A stretch of DNA of 64,000 nucleotides, taken from contig OX597825.1 of assembly GCA_951406725.2 (NCBI GenBank), forward strand, positions 9,238,001 through 9,302,000, read 5' to 3'. Positions 55,700-64,000 of this stretch are shown here, in pieces; positions within the stretch are counted from its first letter, which is position 1, and the number at the start of each line of letters is the position of its first letter. The DNA is from Octopus vulgaris. Its lineage: Eukaryota. Under the pieces are notes generated by a model that saw only the letters and a program-made list of their open reading frames with translations, made no database searches and had not been told where the DNA came from. The position numbers were made by a program, and so were the translations under genes.

Positions 55700-57270
55700 A
55701 GTGGTTTCGTTGCTCATTTACGCTGTTTTGTCTTAGTGATGTTATTTCTATTGTATAAAATATATAATGAATTCATTTTCAATATTTCTTCGTGTATTTT
55801 CTATATATAATTTATCATTTCCAAGCCGTGCCCATATTCTAGAGATTGTTTTATTTTCTATCCCCATCATTCATGTTAACTCTATTTTTAGACTTTCATT
55901 TTTAGTGTCCTTCTGCGAGTCTTCAGGGAATACATTATCTTCTATCGGGTTTCATACTCTGGTTAAGAAATATTTCCTTTTCTTGTGGTCAATTGACAAC
56001 GCTGTCTGGTCACCACATCTTCATTTCGCACTCTTCGTGTATTGACATATCCCTGTGCATGGCTACTTTCTCATCATTTGAAATATTTTTTGGTGCGTGG
56101 CAAAATCCATTTAAAGTCTGTTAGTATTTCGAAATGATAGCATGAATTCAAATATATGGAAGTACGTTTTTTGTCACGTCTTTCTTAGGAAAATATCCAC
56201 AGGTACCACATAGTCGTAATAATTTTCACCGAGAAGCCAGCGGCAAGGTTGAGTATGTTTCTTGACCAGTATTACAATTGTAAGTCCCTGAGATCTGATT
56301 TACCACTGATTTTTAGTAATTTTGGGTAAGGTAGATTTTATCTTTTGATTCAACTAAGAATCATTGAGTCTTAGCTTTGAAACTCTTGCTAATGCAGATG
56401 TGCTGCGATTCTATCTCTTCCAATCCTATTGTGTTCAGCTTTTGCAGTTCTTAGCCATGTCAGTGCTTTTCTCGGCACTTTGTTAAAATGGCATCCTGCA
56501 GCCTAATTTTTAACATAGATTTTAGATGTTTGCAATAACTCTACATTTTTCGTCTGTATAACGAATGTTAATTTCTACATGCCAGGTGTTTGCTGGCTTT
56601 GATGACAGAAACGAGATTATTGTTCTGTAAATGCTTCATAACTGTTTGTATTTCATTTCCCATTATTCAGTTGTTGATGTTCCAGCACCACTACACAAGC
56701 TATTATTTCTATATTACTTTTTTTTTATCAAATATTGTTTCTAGATGAAGCCAATAATATTTTTCTTATTTCTTTCTGCGCTCAATTTAGAATATGATGA
56801 TTAATAACTCATTATAGAGGCAGTTACAGTATATTGATCTCTGTTGCCTTGATTGTGTTAAACATTTAGCTCTCTCTGAAGTATTAATCTAATAAATCTA
56901 CAATATTTATTCTTAATATTTATTTCCATTTGTATGTCTTTTTAAAAAGACATACATAAAAGAAATTCATTTTGTTGCATTTGTTTTATTTAACATATTA
57001 ATATTCTTTCTTTCTTTGCTTCTCTTTTGCGTTGCTTTGATGCATTTCTTTTTGTCTGATTTTCATATAATTTCTTTAGTAAATCCATATACGCTCTGCA
57101 GAAGGTTATCTAGTTGTTTATCACCTGCAGTATAAGCCCTAATGTTGTCCATATAGAAAAACATGTTTGTGTTGTTTATTTTACTACGTCATTTGTATAC
57201 AAGTCCATCTCATTTATCATGTTAGCTAAATCTGTTAACTAATAGCATTCAGTTCAGATTTGGGTGATAA
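55700..57270 (-). mobile_element. R4/Dong-type LINE relic B (RT motifs 5-7 to the CCHC/RLE region)
   Basis: Minus strand MFFYMDNIRAYTAGDKQLDNLLQSV (cf. HLFYMDDIKLY...) and, further downstream, DRIAAHLH. Confidence 0.7.
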
Positions 57271-57299
57271 GATCTGTTAATATCTCCCTCCCTTGATCA

Positions 57300-59352
57300 A
57301 ATGTATCCGTATGACATGCTTCTATGCTGCTAAAATCGTTCTTTACAGATTTTTCTTCAATGGTCTTTTCCTTAACCAGGAACAGATTCCGTTGTCCTTC
57401 TTGACTTCTATTGTCTTTTTGAAAACCACTGCATGAATCTCATTTCCCGCAATGCTAGTTTTTCTTTTCCCACATGCAAGTAAAAGCCCTTAAGGAGGGC
57501 TTGCACCTCGCCTTCTATGCAGACACCTGGACTTGTTATTGTCTCGTAATATTCTATCCTTAATACTCTTCCATCTTTTATTCATAAATTGCATAAACCG
57601 GCAGCATTTGTTTGGAAATTTATTACGATTTACTTTACCTTTTTTCCCGCCGTGATACTTCTGCTCATCGTTCCTCCAACAAATAACATTTGCTCCATAC
57701 CTGGTTAGTGATATTGCTGCCAACGGATTTGATTCGCGTGATATTTCCCGCATTTAAGTTAGATTTCATATGTTTCATTTCGCAATCTATTCTTTACTGA
57801 TGATTCACTTTATTTTTATACTTTTAATTTTGTCACATTTTATCATACCCAGATGTTTATATATTTATTTTACGTTTATAATTTTAAAATGTTTTATCCA
57901 TAACGAATCTGATCCTAATTTTGTGAACGTCCCCATTGCACATCATCCTCATAGCGCATTTCTCGATTCTGGATGTCATTGCAATGCTAATACTAATTAT
58001 GATTAAAGTTTTTACCAAAGGATCCAACAAATGAATGAAAGAGATTTCACTTACACCGATTCTTTCCAAAAGTGTGTCCTGCCTTGTATTTGTTTAGAAG
58101 CAGGGACAAAGAGAGCAGCATGATAACAAACAAGATAGAATACAGATATTGTTTTCTTGAAGGGTCCCACTTCAAGCCTGTATATATATTTCCGACTTTA
58201 ACTCAACCCTCTGAAATCGCATGACATTTTAGGACAGACATCAGCCATTTTCAAGATCTTAATAATTTTGCCTACTTTTCGAGTGTGCTTTTCTATAATC
58301 GATCTGTGGACTAAACAAATTTATCGATCTCTCCGAACAACATCAAGTCTTTCTTGTCGACCATTAATTAGTCTTTTCTGTTTTTTCTACAACTTTTTCG
58401 TTCCTCTTCCGCAGTTCAAGAATTTCGATATAAGAGATAGACATGTAATTTGTCGGGAATCTGCCGGGGCATTATTTTCTAGTTTGCTTATCAGCATCAA
58501 GCAAGATACTCCACTACTTATCCACAGACAAACATCTAAACTCGATATACACCCTCTTTTGTCTCACTGTTGTTTCATGGAGACGTGTAAATACTTTCAG
58601 CCAATAAACTTGGACAAGAACGGTAGTTTGCCAATATTTTTCATTTTTTTCACATGACTTTCAAATATTTGTATTCGTGATGATAACATCTTTTTCCAGT
58701 TGAAAAATTTCAATTCATTTTTTTTTTACTTGATTTCACAACTGTGCTTATTAATGTGCCTGGCATATCTTCCTAAATTTCTCCCGAAAAAAACAAAACT
58801 CTAGTTCTTAAATATTCAGCTTTATAATTTCTCTCATTTCCTTCACGAATTTCACAAAGACTCTTCTGGTTTGAATGACAAAGTTGCTTATACTTACTCG
58901 TATATTTATTATTTCTTTATTTTAGTAGCTTTTGCCTTTCCTCTCTGCTTTACTTCTTCAATCTTTGTACCAATTCCATTTTTATATGCGAAGCATTTTT
59001 GCTAATATACGGTTCTCTTCTTTTTCCTTAATTTAACCTCATTCCTCAAAACGCAGCTTAGTTATATATTCCCTAAATCCCTAATCTTACTTAATATCCG
59101 CTTTTCCCAAAGGGACACCTGCTCATCCTTATTTTAACAAAGCTGGAGACATTCTCCTGATTCCTGGCATCATTGTTAACCATCCGGTATTGATATGTCA
59201 GTTCTTGTCATTCTTGGTTGTTCTTTCTTTATATTTCTTCAATTTTTAATCTGAGATATATTTTCCATCATGATACACAACAATGTGCCAGCTAGCTTCA
59301 ATAATCCTATAACATTCTAGGATTCATGGATACCAAAATAGTATGATGGTTG

Positions 59353-59355
<3 letters not shown>
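57300..59355 (-). mobile_element. R4/Dong-type LINE relic A (N-terminal region, RT, thumb)
   Basis: Minus strand SLWEKRILSKIRDL, ILFVIMLLSLSLLLN, LDPLVKT...IEKCAMRMMCNG, YKHLG, MKSNLNAGN, RYGANVICW. Begins at a (TAA)n tract. Confidence 0.75.
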
Positions 59356-59404
<49 letters not shown>

Positions 59405-59448
59405 TATTATTATTATTATTATTATTATCATCATCATCATCATATTAC

Positions 59449-59975
59449 TGAATGAGAGAGCAGTGCATGCCATCAAACTGACACTGGGCTAAAATACACA
59501 AAGCCCAGTACATCCATCATGACTACCCGCCTCATAAGGATGCACCAGGCACGTGCAACATGGTGATCACACATCAAGATAAATAGCGCATGACCTTGCA
59601 GATGAGGCCCAGTTAGAATTTTCTTCAGGTTGAGTAAAAAGGTCTCTGAATGAAGGGTACTTAAGGATGTTGAACAAAACAACCATGTTTCCAGAAGTGA
59701 ATTATTCAAACCCCAAAGAATTCCTCTCAACACATGGCTATGATGCTCCCCCACTATTTCTGCTCGTGATCAGAGATGCACATATAGTTAGCCACTTAGG
59801 AACATGCTCAACTGGTAAAGGTCAAACAACTGACAAGCAAATCTGTGGTATTGAGCAGAATATTTGCTGTAGCCCATCGTTTATACCAAGACAAAACAAT
59901 GAACATGATAACACTTCCAATCAGTTAAGATCAGAAGCCATGAGAGCCTCTGTCTGGTACTGCATCAGGGCATTT
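59449..59975 (-). mobile_element. Second copy of the (TAA)n-inserted ~550-bp element
   Basis: Reverse-complement homologue of 45474-46026, flanked by TTA repeats. Confidence 0.85.
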
Positions 59976-59993
59976 ATTATTATTCTTATCAAA

Positions 59994-60410
59994 GCGGCGA
60001 GCTGGCAGAATCGTTAACCCGACAAAATGCTTAGCGATATTTTGTCCATCTTTACGTTCTTGGTTCAATTTTCACCGAGATCGACTTTGTCTTTCATCTT
60101 TTCCGGGTCGCTAAAATAAATAGCAGTTGAGAACTGGGTTTGATGTAGTAAACCTATCCCCTCCCCCGAAATTTCAGTCTTTGTGCCAACAGCAAAATGT
60201 CCTATTGTTATCATCAACATCATTTTTGTTGCTATTGTTGTTGCAGCTCCTAAATTGATTGGCTAATCGGCTGAGAAACAGATTCATATTATTTATTCTG
60301 CGTTCAAATCCTACCGATGCCAAGTTTGCGTTTCATCTGATGCCTATGAAATAAAATACAAGTCTACTACTACTTTTTCTACTTTCTCTTCTCCCCATAA
60401 ATTTCAGGTC
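59994..60410 (+). mobile_element. Family B SINE plus a degraded second copy
   Basis: GCGGCGAGCTGGCAGAATCGTTA head. Confidence 0.75.
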
Positions 60411-62326
60411 GTATTAATAATCATTAACAATTATAAACAGTTACTATTATGATTATTTTAAACACAACTGGATGTATCTTCATCATGTCATTATTAACAG
60501 CATTATTTTAATATTTCTTGTTAAAGACAATGGAGTGAATGTATTCACAAATGTTAAACAGTTATCTGTTCATGGACGTTGAATGCTAAATCTGAAATAT
60601 CAGACAACGGTTTCAATGACACGACAACCTCCATTGTTCAAAGCTCTGCGGCATATGTCTGGTAAAATTCAACCACTCTGCAGATGATCACATGTTTCTT
60701 TGCTGCTATAAAAATTTATGAAATATTTAGTGTAGCCATATTTCTGTGACTTGCAGTGGGGAGAACTGTAGAACAAGAAATAACTTACCAGAGGACAGAG
60801 TTAACATGTCGAAAAGAAACATGATTAAAACCTATTGACATCATTCAAAGCCATTACTGGCGGGCATGAAGCACAAACAGATTGGAAACCCATGTGTCAA
60901 TGGTAAATCCATAGCAACAATATTTCTTGTTAGACGAATTGTTAAAGAACAGCAATTGTGAAAATTAAATTTGTGGAATATTGCATATGAAATTGAAAAT
61001 ATTATTAATAGGAAACAGAAGACTAAAAATAATAAAAATGAGAAAGAACCGTATTAAGACTAACATCTCAATACAAAATCAAGAACTTATTCCTGCCAGA
61101 TAGAGACGGCATATTGCGGAAGACACATTAATATGAACAAGGGAAATGAAATATTAGATTCTGTGCGTACAACCGATGCCCTACTTAATTTCAATAATAA
61201 ATTAATACAACACTCCCTGCGGTTTGAGGACCTTGAGGAAAAAAAAAACATAAATGACAAAGACACCACACACATACTCTCGCACACACATACAGTAAAA
61301 TAAAACACGCTATGGGCGGAATCTCCCTCAGTAGAATAACCTCTTACATACGCCTACGTATGTATCATCCAAAAGAGTAACACCAACAAGTCACGTTGCT
61401 CACATGTGAAACTGTGTATCTTAATAGAACACAACAACAATGTATTCAGTAATTAATCAGGATTCGGCAAAATCCCGTACAATACTTGACACGCGTCCTC
61501 CGCAACGATTTAAGATAAATACTGAAATCGTTTTGAAACAATTCTAAACCCCGAAAGACAATACTTTGCACGCCTCGGGGACAAAGGAGACACCATGCTG
61601 GTGGAGCCCCATCAATCAATTAATTGTAAGCAAGTAGGAGGTAGAGGAGACGGAGGAGGAGGAAGAGAGAAAGAAGAAGGGGTGGAGGAGACAGAGGAGA
61701 AGCAGAAGGTGAAGGAGGGTGTGTTGATGATCATTTTCATGATGAAGGTAGCTGTATAATTTACAGGCACACGATAATGAAGTCGAAATCAGGATATAGT
61801 TGATAATATAATGACCAGTAATAATAATATATCGATTCTGGCTGGACACAGAACCCAAATAGATGATACAAATACCACAACATACACATACAATTTTCTA
61901 AAAGTCTTATAGCTGAATTTTCTCTCTACGCTCCTTGAGATCTTGAGCAATTGTACGATAGCATTATAAATGAACCCGGGAAAATTCTTCCCTGGATCTA
62001 AAATAGAGTAGCTTATTTATTCCCTTTTATTTATAAACACCTGGTGCATGGACGGCAAAACTAATAAATGCCAAAACTATAGATCATTAACGTGTTATAT
62101 CCATTTATAATTTACTAATATGAATCATCATTAAATATAAGTATTTTCTCTTGATGGCTGAACAATTTACCCTCCATATTCACCAGATATTGCTCTTTCG
62201 AATTTCCATTAATTCAGGTCTCTGCAGAACAGTCTTAATAGTAAAATTTTCAATTCCTTGGATGACGTAAAAGATAACTTGATGAACTCTTTGCCATGAA
62301 ACCATCTCAATTCTGGGAAGAGGGTA

Positions 62327-62466
62327 TTTTCAAGTTAAAGGAAAGATGGAGACGCATTGTGCAACAAAATGTTTCGTATTTGGTTGATTAAAAATGTAAT
62401 GGCAAGTATTTATTGACCTTTTTCTTTCCTTTAAAAATCGGCACGAACTTTCCGGACAACCCGATA
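62327..62466 (+). mobile_element. mariner 3' end with TIR
   Basis: FKLKERWRRIVQQNVSYLVD* followed by CGGCACGAACTTTCCGGACAACCCGA-TA. Confidence 0.8.
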
Positions 62467-62970
62467 CAATAACAAAAAGTTTTCTCATAGATATATCAAC
62501 CCAAATAGATTGCAACACTTCCTTATAAACGTTTGAAAAGTTATGTAACTGCATTGACATTGGAATAGAGATCTCAAAACTATGGTATCTAAGAACGACA
62601 ACTGTACCTATGAATATAGGAACCTTGAGGATAATAGTAAATGACATTCTTAGATAACATGTTCGAATACCAAGGAATTCAGAACTCTCAGAATAACAAG
62701 GAATTGTTCTCTTGGGCAATGCCCACATCCTAAGAAAAATATTATCAACCTGAGAATATCTAAATCGTATAAAATTTTTCAAAATCACTAATATTATAAC
62801 AAACATTTAATGAAATCTTTACATCTCAGAATGTTGGTCTCCTCTCCCGACAATATATCATTGCTACTCATAAATAACACTCGCAGTAAAAAGTGCAACT
62901 TGCTGTCAATTGAAGTCTCTTGATGATACTTTGAGAACTCATAGAAAGCCAAGCATTAACATAAACAACA
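62467..62970 (+). mobile_element. R4/Dong-type RLE C-terminus and 3' UTR
   Basis: FLIDISTQIDCNTS..EKL...IEISKLWYLRTTTVPMNIGTL...IVLLGNAHILRKILST*. Confidence 0.8.
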
Positions 62971-62973
62971 TTA

Positions 62974-63034
<61 letters not shown>

Positions 63035-63916
63035 CATTATTATTATTATTATGTTCTATATTTAAGAGATTTGGAATTATGTACGTTATTACATTATTTA
63101 CATTTGACGGATATTTGTCCTCATCTTCTTTGTTGTTAACACAACGTTTTGGCTACTAATATTACTACTATTACTTCCTTATTTTGACACAGCGCCATAG
63201 ATATTTTAAGCATTTCCCCCAATCCATTACTGGTAATTTATTTTATGGAGCTTTGAAGGATGGCAGACAACGTTGGCATGACTGGGGTTTGAACATAAAA
63301 TTTGGAGTGTTGTAATCAAATTTTATAAGGCATTTTGGGACGCTCTATTGATCCTACAAATCGCATGTTTTAATATTTTTGTTCTACTTGAAAATAGGGG
63401 TCAAATTTGTTTTGAAGTGAGGTATGTCATTGATACTACTTGAATTAGTTCGTGTCTTGCTCATCATTTTATAAACACCTGGTAGATGAACAGCAAAATT
63501 GAGATCAGAGAGGTGTGAACTCTGAATGTAGAGTTACAGAACATATCGAAAGAATCTGAGAGTGTAAGGAAGTGAGAAGAGTTCATGCTTCACCAATAAA
63601 AGTGTAGCAAACCCCGCTCAGTCTTTTATATTTGTTTCTCTTCATTGACTTCATCCGCACTCAAGTGCTTTATTTTTTTAGAAGTTTTCTCACATAGAGT
63701 AAAGCATGAATAACCTAACAGCTCACTTATTTTTTTCGTTATAATATAATTTAACACAAATTAATTTTCCCTTATTTAAAGACATTGCTTTTATATTCAA
63801 CATATTAATCTCTAACCTTCACGTTAACAAGCAAACATGGCTGCTAGACCTGACAGAAATATCAGTGGTAAATCTTTATGAAATCCTTCTGTATAACTAT
63901 ACTTATAGAAACAAAA

Positions 63917-64000
63917 GGCGGCGAGCTGGCAGAAACCTTAGCACGCCGGGCGAAAAGCATAGCCGTATTTCGTTTGCCGTTACATTCTGAGATCAAATTC
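63917..64000 (+). mobile_element. Family B SINE head (runs off the window)
   Basis: GGCGGCGAGCTGGCAGAAACCTTAGCACGCCGGGCGAAA. Confidence 0.85.

Noticed and set aside
60500-61160. Possible plus-strand R4 N-terminal relic
   Set aside because: Too degraded to support.
63055-63155. Probable truncated pLTR fragment ending ACAACGTTTTGGCT
   Set aside because: Only a mutated GAAAC half remains; the family identity rests on recollection.

Overview
AT-rich, microsatellite-saturated eukaryotic non-coding DNA. The SINE families and (TA)n/(TAGA)n/(TAA)n load resemble an Octopus (coleoid cephalopod) genome; this is recognition from memory, not a database hit. No intact host protein-coding gene can be supported, and almost all listed ORFs are microsatellite translations. 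Contents: about 20 tRNA-derived SINE copies from three families, degraded DNA transposons (one pogo/Tigger, three mariner pieces), several R4/Dong-type RLE non-LTR retrotransposon relics sitting in (TACA)n or next to (TAA)n repeats, and one candidate RFX X-box promoter at about 48.8 kb. The most striking signal is a set of at least four short non-coding repeat families embedded in (TA)n tracts. They carry minimal type-I hammerhead ribozyme motifs with palindromic stem III, and three of them occur in partial-tandem and/or inverted (fold-back) arrangements. This is the architecture of Penelope-like pLTRs or animal retrozymes.
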